Shown: positions 1 through 10,434, numbered from the stretch's first letter. The stretch: 64,000 bases of DNA from an uncultured delta proteobacterium (GCA_963715335.1 CAVQRZ010000034.1:1-64000); one strand, 5' to 3'. Notes: generated by a model not told the origin, from the sequence alone. Made by a program: numbers and translations.

Positions 1-652
1 GGGTCCAGTCGACCTTGTTGTAGTCCGCAAGCAGTGCCAAGGGGATGAACGTATCGAGTTCAGAAAAGCCTGTGCCGGTCAGCTGTTTGGTGAAGGTGCG
101 AAAAATGGAGACCTCCTCGGCGAACGCTTTCCGGAACCGCCATTTCAGGATATCTTCAGGCAACTCAAAAGGCGACCCTTTGTGCAGGGTGCAGACTGTC
201 CCGTCAAAATCTTCTCCTGAGCAGTCGATATTCGGCAGGCCGTGCAGTCGGCAGGTCAGGGGGCGGGAGGCGTATACCAGGCAAAAGCCCTCAGCATCGA
301 GGAGCGGGCAGGGGGTCTCGTCGTCCTCCGGCATCTCGGTCCATTCGTGGTCCGGTAAACCGTTAAGCAGGTAGGGGTGGCGCAGACCGGGCCAGCGCTG
401 CTGCAGCTCTTCCAGGCGCAGGTGGGATTTTTGCAGGACCTCTTCGCGAATGGCCGGTTTTAAAGAGCTGAAGGCGTTCTGCAGCAGAAAGGCATCGAGC
501 AGGGTGATGTCGAACAGCCCCCGGCAGCAGGCGCTGCAGCCGCCGCGGCATGAGAAGGCCGTACCGCCGGTTTCCAGGCAGCGGTTGAACCAGGCGTCAA
601 CATCGCCGAGCAGGCTGCGATATTCTCTCTCTATTTCAAGGTTGATTTTCAT
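1..652 (-). CDS. YkgJ-family cysteine-cluster (Zn/Fe-chelating) protein, 3' end runs off the window
   Basis: Manual translation from ATG at 652: MKINLEIEREYRSLLGDVDAWFNRCLE...CRGGCSACCRGLFDITLLDA...CPLL...YASRPLTCR, the CxxGCxxCC / CPLL / YxxRPxxCR pattern. Confidence 0.8.
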   Translation of the reverse strand, partial: MKINLEIEREYRSLLGDVDAWFNRCLETGGTAFSCRGGCSACCRGLFDITLLDAFLLQNAFSSLKPAIREEVLQKSHLRLEELQQRWPGLRHPYLLNGLPDHEWTEMPEDDETPCPLLDAEGFCLVYASRPLTCRLHGLPNIDCSGEDFDGTVCTLHKGSPFELPEDILKWRFRKAFAEEVSIFRTFTKQLTGTGFSELDTFIPLALLADYNKVDWT

Positions 653-785
653 GTCGTCACGATAAGCCTAACCGGCGTCAGTGACAAGCGAATCCCTGTC
701 TCTCGCATAAACTTGTTTCGAAAATTGCGTGTTCATTGTTAAACTGTAATCGCTTATCACTTGAATGAAAGGCAAAGGTATAAGT

Positions 786-1184
786 ATGACAGGCTCCTGT
801 TTGTGTGGCGCGGTGAAATATGCGACCAGCTCCGAATTCGAGATGGTTGGGAACTGTCATTGCAATACCTGCAGAAAAAGCACCGGTAGCGCTTTCGAAG
901 TTTTTGCCGTCATCGACCGAGCGAGTTTTACCTTGTTGGCAAGTGAAGATTCGCTGGTGAAATACAAAATCTCGCGGAAGGTGAAAAAGTATTTTTGTGG
1001 CACTTGTGGAACGCCGGTTTTCAACCAGCACAGGCTGGCACCGGGCAAGCTGATTTTGCACGTGGGGACGCTTGATGAACCGGCTCGAATCACGCCGGCT
1101 GTCAACCTGTATTGCGAAAGCATGTTGCCGTGGCTGGCGGAGGTAACGTCGCTAAAAAACTTTGAGCAGGGATTTACCAGGTAA
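786..1184 (+). CDS. GFA (glutathione-dependent formaldehyde-activating / CENP-V) family protein
   Basis: GSCLCGAV, CHCNTCRK and FCGTCGTP zinc motifs. Confidence 0.9.
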   Translation: MTGSCLCGAVKYATSSEFEMVGNCHCNTCRKSTGSAFEVFAVIDRASFTLLASEDSLVKYKISRKVKKYFCGTCGTPVFNQHRLAPGKLILHVGTLDEPARITPAVNLYCESMLPWLAEVTSLKNFEQGFTR

Positions 1185-1196
1185 AGGCTTGTCGTT

Positions 1197-2051
1197 ATGT
1201 CTAGCTCTCGTGAAGCAACCAGAAACTGGGTCGAATCGGTAATCCGCGAATTCTGCGCCTCGGCACAGAATTCATTACAGATGTCGACCGGTGAACCGGC
1301 CTGGGCCGAGCCGCAGATCGCCTATGCCCGGGGCGACGACCCGCTTTTTGAACAGCTCAAAAAAGACATCGGCCCCTTCTACTGGACGCCCCTGGAAGCG
1401 TTGCAGCTGGCATGGCCGGATCTGGACGCCAGTGCGGCCGAACTCGCCGTGATCGTCTACCTTCTGCCGCAGACCGAAGCGACCCGCCTCGATCAACGCG
1501 AGGCGACGGAAGTCCCTGCGGAACGATGGGCCCGTTCACGTTTCCATGGCGAAGAGTTCAACTGTGCCCTGCGCCTGCATCTGGCTGAGCAGTTGACGAA
1601 TGCCGGTCTCCCGGCCGTGGCTCCTGAGCGCCTGGCCGGTTTTGACTACCGCAACAGCGAGCGGTTCGGCCTCGCCTCCAACTGGTCGGAGCGTCACACC
1701 GCCTGGATTGCCGGCCTCGGCACCTTCGGTTTGTCGGACGGGTTGATCACCAGGGCGGGCAAGGCGGTGCGCTTCGGTTCCGTCGTCGCCAGGGTGGACC
1801 TGGAGGCGACCTCACGTTCCTATACAGGGCACCAGGACTGGTGCCTCTGGTATGCCAAAGGGACTTGCGGGATGTGCATGCAGCGCTGCCCGGTCGAGGC
1901 GATTACCGCAAACGGCCACGACAAGCCGGCCTGCTTCGATTATATCCGCAAGGTTACAACCCCGTACGTCCGCGACAACTATGGCACCGGGGCCACCCCC
2001 TGCGGGCTTTGCCAGGTAGGAATTCCCTGTGAAGCGAGGTCGCCGATATGA
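1197..2051 (+). CDS. Epoxyqueuosine reductase-like (QueG-related) 4Fe-4S protein
   Basis: SNWSERHTAWIAGLGTFGLSDGLIT, CGMCMQRCPVEAI, CGLCQVGIPC. Confidence 0.75.
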   Translation: MSSSREATRNWVESVIREFCASAQNSLQMSTGEPAWAEPQIAYARGDDPLFEQLKKDIGPFYWTPLEALQLAWPDLDASAAELAVIVYLLPQTEATRLDQREATEVPAERWARSRFHGEEFNCALRLHLAEQLTNAGLPAVAPERLAGFDYRNSERFGLASNWSERHTAWIAGLGTFGLSDGLITRAGKAVRFGSVVARVDLEATSRSYTGHQDWCLWYAKGTCGMCMQRCPVEAITANGHDKPACFDYIRKVTTPYVRDNYGTGATPCGLCQVGIPCEARSPI

Positions 2052-2114
2052 TAAAAAATAACGGTGACCAAACAAAATCATGTCACCGCATCCTCGGACA
2101 GTCATCCCCTCTTC

Positions 2115-2363
2115 TTATTCACCAATCGCTTCCCTGGTTTTGTGTATCATTTCGTCCTTCTGCTTCGACCCACTGCCAACGGTTTCAGCCAGCAACGTCA
2201 TCAAATAAAATCCGACCACCAGTAGCAGGCAGAACCCCAGCAGCCTGAACATATCTTTCGGCCTGAAGTAAAACAGCGCCAGTACCACAACGGCAACACC
2301 GATGCCGATGACCGGGTTCCCCTGGACGAGTGCGATGGTGTTCTGCAAATGCTCCTCAAACAT
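2115..2363 (-). CDS. Small two-TM hypothetical membrane protein
   Basis: 82 aa ORF with two hydrophobic segments, directly downstream of the oxidoreductase on the same strand. Confidence 0.7.
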   Translation of the reverse strand: MFEEHLQNTIALVQGNPVIGIGVAVVVLALFYFRPKDMFRLLGFCLLLVVGFYLMTLLAETVGSGSKQKDEMIHKTREAIGE

Positions 2364-2387
2364 GTGTCCTCATATTCCCTTGCCGGA

Positions 2388-4529
2388 TTATCCCCGACGC
2401 CAGCTGTGAAATTTTTCCACCCAGCCGAGCAACTTCTCGGGGGCATGGGCTTTTTTCCATTCGCCCGCAGCCGCTTTGTTCGCCTCTGACATCGTCGGGT
2501 AGGTGTGGATGGTGCCAAGGATCTTGTTCAGGCCGAGGCCGTGTTTCATGGCCAGGACGTATTCGGCAAGCAGGTCGCCGGCATGGCTGCCGACAATGGT
2601 GACGCCGAGCAGCTTGTCGCTGCCGGGCTTGGTAAGCACCTTGACCCAGCCGTGATCCTCGGAGTCGGCAATCGCGCGGTCGAGGTCATCGATGTCGTAT
2701 CGGGTGACTTCATAGGCAGTGCCCGTGGCTTTGGCTTCCTCTTCGGAAAGGCCGACCCTGGCAACCTCGGGATCGGTGAAGGTTGCCCAGGGGATCACGC
2801 TGTAGTCGACCTTGAATGACTTCAGACTGCCGAACAGGGCATTCACCGCGGCATACCAGGCCATGTGCGAAGCGGTGTGGGTGAACTGGTAGGGACCGGC
2901 CACGTCACCGACGGCGAAGATGTTTGGAAAGTTGGTGCGCAGCAGCGGGTCGACGGCGATTGTGCCGCGGTCACTGATTTTTATACCGAGCTCCTCGAGA
3001 CCGAAACCGCTGACATTGGGTCGTCGACCGACCGCTATGAGAATCTGGTCGAAGGGCACCCTGACCGTTTCTCCCCGGGCATTGCAGAGGAGAACCTTTT
3101 CGCCCTCTTCCAGGAGGACTTCCGTTGCCGTGTGGCCGGTCAGGACCCTGATCCCTTCCGCCTCGAACCGGGCCTGGATGTACGCGGAGACTTCCGGATC
3201 CTCACGGCCCATGATCCGCGGCGCCATTTCGACCTGGGTGACCGTGGCCCCGAGCCTGGCCATGGCCTGGGTCATCTCCGAGCCGATCGGGCCGCCACCA
3301 AGCACGACCAGCCGCCCGGGGGTCTCCCGCAACTGCCAGAGGTTATCCGAGGTCAGGTAGTCAATCTCCTCGATCCCCTTGATCGGCGGCACCAGCGGCC
3401 CCGCTCCGGTGGCGATGATGATGTTTCTGGCCGTCAAGGTTTCACCGTTGACCTCTACTGCCCATGGAGAGACGATTTTCGCGGCACCGGTAAAACACTC
3501 GACGCCGAGCTCGGTGTACCGCTCGATCGAATCATGGGGCTCGACCTTCTTAATAACCCTTTGCACCCGCTCCATGACCTCGGCAAAGTCGAAGTCGACC
3601 TGTCCCGATTTAAAGCCGAAATCCCGGGCACGCTGCGCGTAGGAGACCATCTTAGCCGAACAAATCAGGGCCTTGCTCGGTACGCAGCCGGTGTTGAGGC
3701 AGTCGCCGCCCATCCGGTCTTTTTCGATCAGTGCCACTTTTGCTTTGACGGCGGCGGCGATGTAGGCGGAGACCAGGCCACCGGCGCCCGCGCCGATTGC
3801 GATCAGGTTGTAATCGAACCGGTCCGGCATGACCCAGCCGGAAAAAGCCTTGCGGCGATTGACCATGTCGATAATCCGCTTGGCGATCAGTGGGAAAATC
3901 CCGAGGAGGACGAAAGACAAGATAATCCCGGGAGAGAGTATCCCCGCGGCGCTTTCAATCTGGCCCAGCTGGGTGCCGGCATTGACGTAGACGGCAGTAC
4001 CGGGGAGCATGCCGACCTGGCTGACCCAGTAGTAAGCCAGGGTGCGCATCGGCGTCAGCCCCATCACCAGGTTAATTACGAAGAAGGGGAAAAGCGGCAC
4101 CAGTCGCAGGGTGAAGAGGTAAAAAGGCCCTTCTTTCTCAAAGCCATCGTTGATGGACTTAAGCTTGTCGCCGAATTTAGCCTGAACCCAGTCACGCAAC
4201 AGGAAGCGTGAAGCGAGGAATGCCAGGGTGGCGCCGAGGGTGCTGGCAAAAGAAACCGTTACCAGGGCCACCCAGAAGCCGAGCAGCGCACCTCCGGCCA
4301 GGGTCATGACGGCAGCGCCGGGTAACGACAGCGCAGTGACCACCACGTAGAGGCTGAAATAGATGGCGATGGTCAGGGCTCGATTGGCAGAATAAAAGTC
4401 GGCAAATGCCTGATGACGGTCCTTGAGGTATTCAAGGGTCAGGAAACGATGCAGGTCAAACGCAAAAAAGGCGACGATCAGGACGATGATTGTCGCAACC
4501 AGAACGATCCTGGCATATCGTGATTTCAT
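2388..4529 (-). CDS. VTT/DedA (TVP38/TMEM64) membrane domain fused to a class I pyridine nucleotide-disulfide oxidoreductase (MerA/LpdA-like)
   Basis: N-terminal LSLPGA...LRLVPLFPFFVINL (VTT); GAGAGG, GGDCLNTGCVPSK, GGGPIG, IHTYPTMSE. Start could also be 4580. Confidence 0.9.
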   Translation of the reverse strand: MKSRYARIVLVATIIVLIVAFFAFDLHRFLTLEYLKDRHQAFADFYSANRALTIAIYFSLYVVVTALSLPGAAVMTLAGGALLGFWVALVTVSFASTLGATLAFLASRFLLRDWVQAKFGDKLKSINDGFEKEGPFYLFTLRLVPLFPFFVINLVMGLTPMRTLAYYWVSQVGMLPGTAVYVNAGTQLGQIESAAGILSPGIILSFVLLGIFPLIAKRIIDMVNRRKAFSGWVMPDRFDYNLIAIGAGAGGLVSAYIAAAVKAKVALIEKDRMGGDCLNTGCVPSKALICSAKMVSYAQRARDFGFKSGQVDFDFAEVMERVQRVIKKVEPHDSIERYTELGVECFTGAAKIVSPWAVEVNGETLTARNIIIATGAGPLVPPIKGIEEIDYLTSDNLWQLRETPGRLVVLGGGPIGSEMTQAMARLGATVTQVEMAPRIMGREDPEVSAYIQARFEAEGIRVLTGHTATEVLLEEGEKVLLCNARGETVRVPFDQILIAVGRRPNVSGFGLEELGIKISDRGTIAVDPLLRTNFPNIFAVGDVAGPYQFTHTASHMAWYAAVNALFGSLKSFKVDYSVIPWATFTDPEVARVGLSEEEAKATGTAYEVTRYDIDDLDRAIADSEDHGWVKVLTKPGSDKLLGVTIVGSHAGDLLAEYVLAMKHGLGLNKILGTIHTYPTMSEANKAAAGEWKKAHAPEKLLGWVEKFHSWRRG

Positions 4530-4664
4530 GGCGGCGGCCTTTCGAAGAGGTCCGGTCAGCTTGTCAGCCTGAGACGTCAAACCTGAAGATGATAACAGTC
4601 TACCACACCAGGTTGGCGGGGAGGCGCGGCCAGGGCCGGGCCGTCAGGTTTTGACTGCTGGAAG

Positions 4665-4883
4665 TCAATCCTTTTGCTTGCCCAAATGACGGCTTTGCTC
4701 AGAATCGGCTTTGTCCTGCGGATTGGTGCGGTTGATCTGCTCGAACAGGGCGACCTGCTCGGCCATGGATAATTTTTTCCGACAGTCACCGGGGCTGCGC
4801 AGACAGAGACGACAACGCTCATCAGAGCACCATTGGCACTGGCGGCAGTCCGGGCAGGGATGTTTCTGGTCAGAGGCTTCCAT
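4665..4883 (-). CDS. Small Cys-rich hypothetical protein
   Basis: KHPCPDCRQCQWCSDERCRLC; overlaps the stop of the upstream gene, operon-like. Confidence 0.6.
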   Translation of the reverse strand: MEASDQKHPCPDCRQCQWCSDERCRLCLRSPGDCRKKLSMAEQVALFEQINRTNPQDKADSEQSRHLGKQKD

Positions 4884-6201
4884 GCCTACAGTGTACGCTG
4901 TCATTGCCAAGCGGGACAAGCCCGCGCCCTTCGAGCAGGCGGCTGCGCTGTCGGTACAGGTAGCCAGCCTCGCAGAATTCAGCGGCGAGCAACAGCAAGA
5001 TGGCGATGGCTATTCCCGGTAGCGGCAACTGCATCATGGTGATCAATGGCCAGAGAATCAGCATCAGGAGTGCCTTGTAGAGGGTGGAGAGCCCCAGTCG
5101 ACCGGTCAGGTGTGCGCCGGCAAACCAGCCGCGCAAAAGGTTGGCGGCGCCGTACAGGAGCGGGAAGAGTGCGCAGGCTGTCAACGGCCAGGTGATGTAA
5201 TGGCGCATGTTGTCATCGAGGCCCATGATGGTGCCGAACACCGGCTGGTTCAGCGGCCAGGCGATTATCAACATGATCAGGGCCATGCCGATGCTGACCC
5301 CGATAAAAAAACGGATCAGGACGTTGTAATCACTGTCCTGGCGCACCAGGGTCAGGTAGGCCTGCTGCAAGTTGCGCATTGGCCCGGCGAGCATGAAGAG
5401 GAAGCCGCGAATGACGCCAAAGGCTGCCAGCGCCAGGGTGCCATCGGGCAGGCGGCTGATTATGGCGTTGATCAGCAGCGGCACGGCCTGCTGCAGCCCT
5501 GACGAGTAGGCCAGCGGCAGCCCGTAGCGGAGAATTTCGACAAAGCTCTTGGTATCATCATCCACCGCGGGAAGTCTGACCCGCCAGGCGAAGTAGGCGA
5601 TGACCAGGGTCTCGGTGCCAACACAGCCGAGCAGGGCGAAGGCCGCGACGCGAGTCCCGGAAAACCACAACTGCCCCAGCCAGAGATAGGCAAACAGTAT
5701 GGCAATTCGCACCACTGTGGCAAACGAGACCAGGCCGGTGCGCCGGGCGCGGATCACCAATCCCTGGAAAAGGCCACGAAGGCCGGTAATGAAAGGGAGA
5801 AACACCAGCAGGCCAAGCGCGTCACGGGCGCCTTGCGCCACTTCAGGAGAAACGCCGAGGATCCGGTCTAAAACGAAAGTACCAACCGAACTGAAGGCGA
5901 GCAGGGCGAGCAGGATGGATACCCAGGTCGCAAGCAGGAAGACAAAAATCGTTGTGTTGAGCAGGGATTTGCGCCCACGGACCATGGCAATTGTAATGGT
6001 ATGGTTCTGGTAAGACGGCGACGCGACGAACAGGTGCAGGACCATGGCTACGGAAAAGCCAGCGAGGATCACGACGGCGTCTTCGAGCCGGGCGAGCCCG
6101 GCGTTGATCACTGAGTGGGAGACGCTCATCAGCTGGACGTTGAGCAGCAGTGGGAAGAAGAAGAGCGCAACGTCCTTCTGGGTCAGGCGGGGTTCGCTCA
6201 A
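4870..6201 (-). CDS. MATE/MOP-superfamily (ANKH-like) multi-TM transporter
   Basis: About 12 hydrophobic segments with an internal repeat (VINAGLARL / LINAIISRL); RGLFQGLVIRARRTG. Confidence 0.7.
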   Translation of the reverse strand: MSEPRLTQKDVALFFFPLLLNVQLMSVSHSVINAGLARLEDAVVILAGFSVAMVLHLFVASPSYQNHTITIAMVRGRKSLLNTTIFVFLLATWVSILLALLAFSSVGTFVLDRILGVSPEVAQGARDALGLLVFLPFITGLRGLFQGLVIRARRTGLVSFATVVRIAILFAYLWLGQLWFSGTRVAAFALLGCVGTETLVIAYFAWRVRLPAVDDDTKSFVEILRYGLPLAYSSGLQQAVPLLINAIISRLPDGTLALAAFGVIRGFLFMLAGPMRNLQQAYLTLVRQDSDYNVLIRFFIGVSIGMALIMLIIAWPLNQPVFGTIMGLDDNMRHYITWPLTACALFPLLYGAANLLRGWFAGAHLTGRLGLSTLYKALLMLILWPLITMMQLPLPGIAIAILLLLAAEFCEAGYLYRQRSRLLEGRGLVPLGNDSVHCRHGSL

Positions 6202-6839
6202 GGTCGGCGGCTTCCTGGAAAAATTGTCGGCAGATCTGTGGTGGTGATGGCCACGAAATCTGCCTGCAAACCATCATCATGGCCGAGACCCCAGGCACAA
6301 AAACAGGATTTGACTCCTGCTGCACGAGCGGCGCGCAGGTCGACATGGTGATCACCGAACAGCACGGTCTGCTCCGGCGCGCAAACCAGGCCCCTCAAAG
6401 CATGGTGGACCATGGCCGGATGCGGTTTCCTCTGCAGGTCGAGTTCGGCTCCGATCACATCGGCAAAGAAGGGCGCCAGCCCGAGGCGGTCGACGATCAT
6501 GTCGGCCAGATGCTGGGGCTTGTTGGTGACCACAGCCATAGGTTTATCGCGGTGCATGTCGAGGAATTCGAAGATGCCGGGATAGACGATCGTTTCGTCG
6601 GTCAGGTGTTCGGTATAGATTTCCATGAAGCGTTTGCGCTGGTCTGTACTGAACAGCTCTTCCGGTAGCGCCCGTTGCAGCAGCAGGCCAACCCCGTCAC
6701 CGACATAGGTGCGGACCTGACCGCTGGAGATGTCTGCCAGGCCGAGCTCATTGCGCAACAGGTTGACGGCCCTGGTCAGATCGGGGATCGAATCAACCAG
6801 GGTGCCGTCCAGATCGAAAAGAAATGCTTTTACGGGCAT
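6198..6839 (-). CDS. gph: HAD hydrolase, phosphoglycolate phosphatase-like
   Basis: FDLDGTLVDS, VVTNKP, KPHP, GDHHVD. Confidence 0.85.
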   Translation of the reverse strand: MPVKAFLFDLDGTLVDSIPDLTRAVNLLRNELGLADISSGQVRTYVGDGVGLLLQRALPEELFSTDQRKRFMEIYTEHLTDETIVYPGIFEFLDMHRDKPMAVVTNKPQHLADMIVDRLGLAPFFADVIGAELDLQRKPHPAMVHHALRGLVCAPEQTVLFGDHHVDLRAARAAGVKSCFCAWGLGHDDGLQADFVAITTTDLPTIFPGSRRP

Positions 6840-6976
6840 AGGAGAACCGGGGGCTCGTGGCGCACGGCGAGATAAAGTGTCACAGATCAGTCATCTAGTC
6901 GCAAAAAGGTTGCAAAGGCTTGCGCCTGGGCAATCACGCCGCTTTGCGCCATTGCGCCTGTGTGGCAATTATTTGT

Positions 6977-7669
6977 TTACCTGGCGCCGAAGATGGCGGT
7001 GCCAATCCGGACCATGGTGGCGCCTTCTTCGATGGCTGCGGCAAAGTCGTGGCTCATGCCCATGGAGAGCTCTTGCATTTTGACATTCGGCAATCTCATT
7101 GCCTCAATCTGCCACGCAAGCTCCCTAAGTTGTCGGAAATAAGGGCGGGCAGCTTCCGGGTCCTCCGCCCACGGCGGCAGGGCCATCAGCCCCCTGATCC
7201 GAAGGTGTTTGAACTGCGCGAGCTGACTCACCAGCTTAAGCAGTTCGTCCGCGGTCGTTCCAGACTTCGTTTCTTCCTCGCCGAGATTAACCTGAATGAG
7301 TATGTCTACAACAGAATTGAGCTTTCCCCATTGGCGGTCGATTTCCTCGGCCAGAGAGAGACGGTCGACCGAGTGGATCATCACCACCTTGCCGGCCAGG
7401 GCCTTGACCTTGTTGCTTTGCAGGCTGCCGATGAAATGCCATTCGGCGGCAGATTCGACTTCATCGATTTTGGCAACACACTCCTGGACATAGCTTTCTC
7501 CGAACAGCGTCTGGCCGGCAGCGATGGCTGCTTCAATATCTGACGCCGGTTTTTTCTTCGACACCGCAACCAGGCGAACGTCTGCCGGGTCGCGGCCGCA
7601 ATCAGCGCATACAGAAGCGATCTGCTGGCGAATTTGCGAGATGTTGGCGGCAATATCCATGGCGTTCAC
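6977..7669 (-). CDS. yggS: YggS pyridoxal-phosphate homeostasis protein
   Basis: LVAVSK, FGESYVQE, WHFIGSLQSNK, LSMGMSHD, MVRIGTAIFG. Confidence 0.95.
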   Translation of the reverse strand: MNAMDIAANISQIRQQIASVCADCGRDPADVRLVAVSKKKPASDIEAAIAAGQTLFGESYVQECVAKIDEVESAAEWHFIGSLQSNKVKALAGKVVMIHSVDRLSLAEEIDRQWGKLNSVVDILIQVNLGEEETKSGTTADELLKLVSQLAQFKHLRIRGLMALPPWAEDPEAARPYFRQLRELAWQIEAMRLPNVKMQELSMGMSHDFAAAIEEGATMVRIGTAIFGAR

Positions 7670-8268
7670 TGGTCGAAAAGTTCAATCGCGCCCAGCTCTT
7701 CCAGCGCGGCGATAACCTCGCAGAGCGGCAGGCCGACCACGTTGGTATAGCTGCCTTCGATCCTGGGAATCATGAATGAGCCGATCCCCTGTATGGCGTA
7801 GGCCCCGGCCTTGTCAAAAGGCTCGTCGGTAGCAATGTACCCCTCGATTTCACGGCTTGTCAATTCCTTGAAAAAGACCCTTGTGACGGCAACGCCACTG
7901 ATCGTGTGGCCGCTGTTGCGATCGTGGACAGCGTAGCCGGAAATCACCCGGTGACTGCGGCCAGAGAGGCTGGTGAGCATCTCCCTGGCCTCTGCCGCAT
8001 CGGCGGGTTTGCCGAGGATCGCACCGTCACGCACGACCACCGTATCGCTGCCGATGAACCAGCGACCGTCAACGGCCTGCCGACCGGCAACTTCGAGAGC
8101 CTTGTCACGACTGAGCCGGGCTGCGTGGTCTTCTGCGGTTTCATCGGCAATGAGCGCTTCGTCAGCGTCGCTTGGTATGACCTGGAAGCGGATTCCGATC
8201 CGTTCCAAAAGCTCGCTTCGGCGCGGCGACGCCGAGGCAAGCACTATGCCCTGAGATGTTTCCTGCAT
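7666..8268 (-). CDS. maf: Maf-family nucleotide pyrophosphatase
   Basis: LASASPRR, GSDTVV, DKAGAYAIQG, GSYTNVVGLP. Confidence 0.95.
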   Translation of the reverse strand: MQETSQGIVLASASPRRSELLERIGIRFQVIPSDADEALIADETAEDHAARLSRDKALEVAGRQAVDGRWFIGSDTVVVRDGAILGKPADAAEAREMLTSLSGRSHRVISGYAVHDRNSGHTISGVAVTRVFFKELTSREIEGYIATDEPFDKAGAYAIQGIGSFMIPRIEGSYTNVVGLPLCEVIAALEELGAIELFDQ

Positions 8269-8295
8269 GATAGATTCCGGTGGCGGATCGGCTTG

Positions 8296-10392
8296 TCAGC
8301 CTCGCATGGCTGCCTGGGCCTTGTCTTCCAGGGATGGTTCGTAGAGAACCAGTCGATTGCGACCCATGGCCTTGGCCTGGTAAAGGGCCAAGTCGGAGGC
8401 ATGAATCAATTCGTTTGCAGTGACGCCGTCGGCAGGGAAAGAAGCAATGCCGAGGCTGATGGTCAGCCGGCCGAGCGGCAGGTGGCTCTCGCCGGGAAAG
8501 CTCTCCATTTCAATGGCTCTGCGCATGCGCTCAGCGACAAACAGGGACTCTTTTTTACCGGTACCGGGCAGGACGATACAGAACTCCTCGCCGCCATAGC
8601 GGGAGACCACATCCATATCTCGTGCGGTGCGCCGCAACAGGCTGGCCACCTTGCAGAGAACCCTGTCGCCGGCGAGATGGCCGCAGATGTCGTTGTACAT
8701 CTTGAAGTGGTCGAGATCGGCAAGAATAATACAGAAGTTCTGTTTATGCCGTCCGCTGCGACTGAATTCCTCCTGCAGGCGGTCTTCGAGGAAGCGTCGA
8801 TTGTAAAGTCCGGTCAAAGGATCGGTGATAGCGAGTTGTTCGAATTTTCCTACTTTTTCCAATGTAGCGGCGCGGTCGATCATCGGCACGGCATAGCCGG
8901 TGAAGGTCTTTACGCGGTTCAGGTCTTTCTCTGTAAAACTGCTGCCATTAGCCTTGTCTGCGAGGTTGAGGACTCCGATCAGCCGACCCTCTGATTCAAG
9001 GGGCAGGCTGATGAACGATTTGGTTTTGAAGCGCGGTCGATTCCTGTAGGCAACACGCTTGTCCCGTTCGATGTCGTTCACCAGCATCGGAAAGCCACTT
9101 TTGGCGACATGCCCGGCAATCCCCTCACCGAATCTAACCGACATGGCTTTGGCCAGTGCCGGGTTCATCCCCTTTGCCGTTTCGATTTTCAGAGTCCCGT
9201 CCGCTGCGTTGAGCAACATCAGCGAACCGCTGGATGCCGAAAGCAGCTCTGCTGACATCTCGAGAATCTGCTGATAGAGCTCTTTGCTGCTCCTGACCAG
9301 CGAGAGACTGCTGATCATCGAGATCAGACGCGCCGAGAATTCACACTCCTGCTTGTGACTCGCCGCGGTTTCGAGGCTTTCCAGCCGGGTCGCAAGACCG
9401 TTAACCAGAAGTTCGATCATGGCCTGGTCGCGGCTGTGTAAATCAAGATCGAGGATGACTATGATGCCGAGCCGAAACTCCTTGCTGCCGATCGGGAAGA
9501 GATGTGCGGAGCGCGTCTCCAAGCCATAGAAAAGCGTGGTTAACTCTTCGCCGGGCAGGACCTTGGGTTGGCAGGGCGAACTGTCCAGGTAGTCGGCGAG
9601 ACGACTCTGGTCCAATTGAAAGGAGCCCGGGTCAAGTCCGAGGGTCGAATGGACCGTCATGGCTTGTCCCGGTTTCTGCAGGACGATCAGGATCCGGGGG
9701 AGATTGAACAGGACGACCAGCGCTTCGCTGACGAGGTCCAATGCCTGGCCAACGTCGGTACAATCCGACAGGTCGCGGTTCAATTTCTGCACAGCCTCTA
9801 GCCTTTGCGTCGTGCGGCTCAGGCTGAGCGGATGGATCTGCCGGTCGATAAGCTGCGGCAGGATGCGGGATATCTCCCTGATCGCCAATTCCGCTTCGGG
9901 GGCACTTACAGGCCGGGGGCGCTGTTTTGCTTTGGCTACGGGCGGTTCTGTCCCCCCAACGGCCTGAGCACGTGCGACATGAGTGATCCGCCCCTGGTGT
10001 TCGAAGGCGACGCAGCCAATCAGGTAACTCGGCAGGTTCTTGTTCTCGGGAAGAGGGATCACAAAACAGAGGAAACCATGTGTACAGGATCTGACCGATG
10101 GTTGCTTTAACAGAAACATCCGGGAAAAGTTCTCTTCCCATTTGTGGTAGCAGTCTGGCGTGCAGGCGGTGTTGCCGTCAAGAGGGATGCAAATCTTACG
10201 AATCGCATCCATCAAGCCCTTGCGACCATGTTGTTCAGAGTAGAAGGCAAGGTTGAACGGCGCCATCAGCGGATGCTGCTGCAACATTTCGAGAAGATCG
10301 CGCGGGTCGATCAGTTTGTCTGATAAGCCGGTTGTGACCAACTCTGTTCCTCTCTGTGGCAAGCCAGCCTCTAAGCAAAGCGAATGGTACAA
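8296..10392 (-). CDS. Sensor diguanylate cyclase (possible PocR-like N-terminus, GAF, GGDEF)
   Basis: TDPLTGLYNRR, DLDHFK, RDMD I-site before RYGGEEF; GAF (GEGIAGHVA...FISLPL). Start uncertain. Confidence 0.9.
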   Translation of the reverse strand: MYHSLCLEAGLPQRGTELVTTGLSDKLIDPRDLLEMLQQHPLMAPFNLAFYSEQHGRKGLMDAIRKICIPLDGNTACTPDCYHKWEENFSRMFLLKQPSVRSCTHGFLCFVIPLPENKNLPSYLIGCVAFEHQGRITHVARAQAVGGTEPPVAKAKQRPRPVSAPEAELAIREISRILPQLIDRQIHPLSLSRTTQRLEAVQKLNRDLSDCTDVGQALDLVSEALVVLFNLPRILIVLQKPGQAMTVHSTLGLDPGSFQLDQSRLADYLDSSPCQPKVLPGEELTTLFYGLETRSAHLFPIGSKEFRLGIIVILDLDLHSRDQAMIELLVNGLATRLESLETAASHKQECEFSARLISMISSLSLVRSSKELYQQILEMSAELLSASSGSLMLLNAADGTLKIETAKGMNPALAKAMSVRFGEGIAGHVAKSGFPMLVNDIERDKRVAYRNRPRFKTKSFISLPLESEGRLIGVLNLADKANGSSFTEKDLNRVKTFTGYAVPMIDRAATLEKVGKFEQLAITDPLTGLYNRRFLEDRLQEEFSRSGRHKQNFCIILADLDHFKMYNDICGHLAGDRVLCKVASLLRRTARDMDVVSRYGGEEFCIVLPGTGKKESLFVAERMRRAIEMESFPGESHLPLGRLTISLGIASFPADGVTANELIHASDLALYQAKAMGRNRLVLYEPSLEDKAQAAMRG

Positions 10393-10434
10393 CGCTCAAG
10401 TCTAAACCCTACCAGTTATTTGGCTTTCTGGCAA

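Noticed and set aside
2865..4211. Long antisense ORFs (also 7906-8994, 10978-11868, 49885-50802, 62131-63282)
   Set aside because: Mirror frames of well-supported genes in GC-rich DNA with no recognisable motifs.
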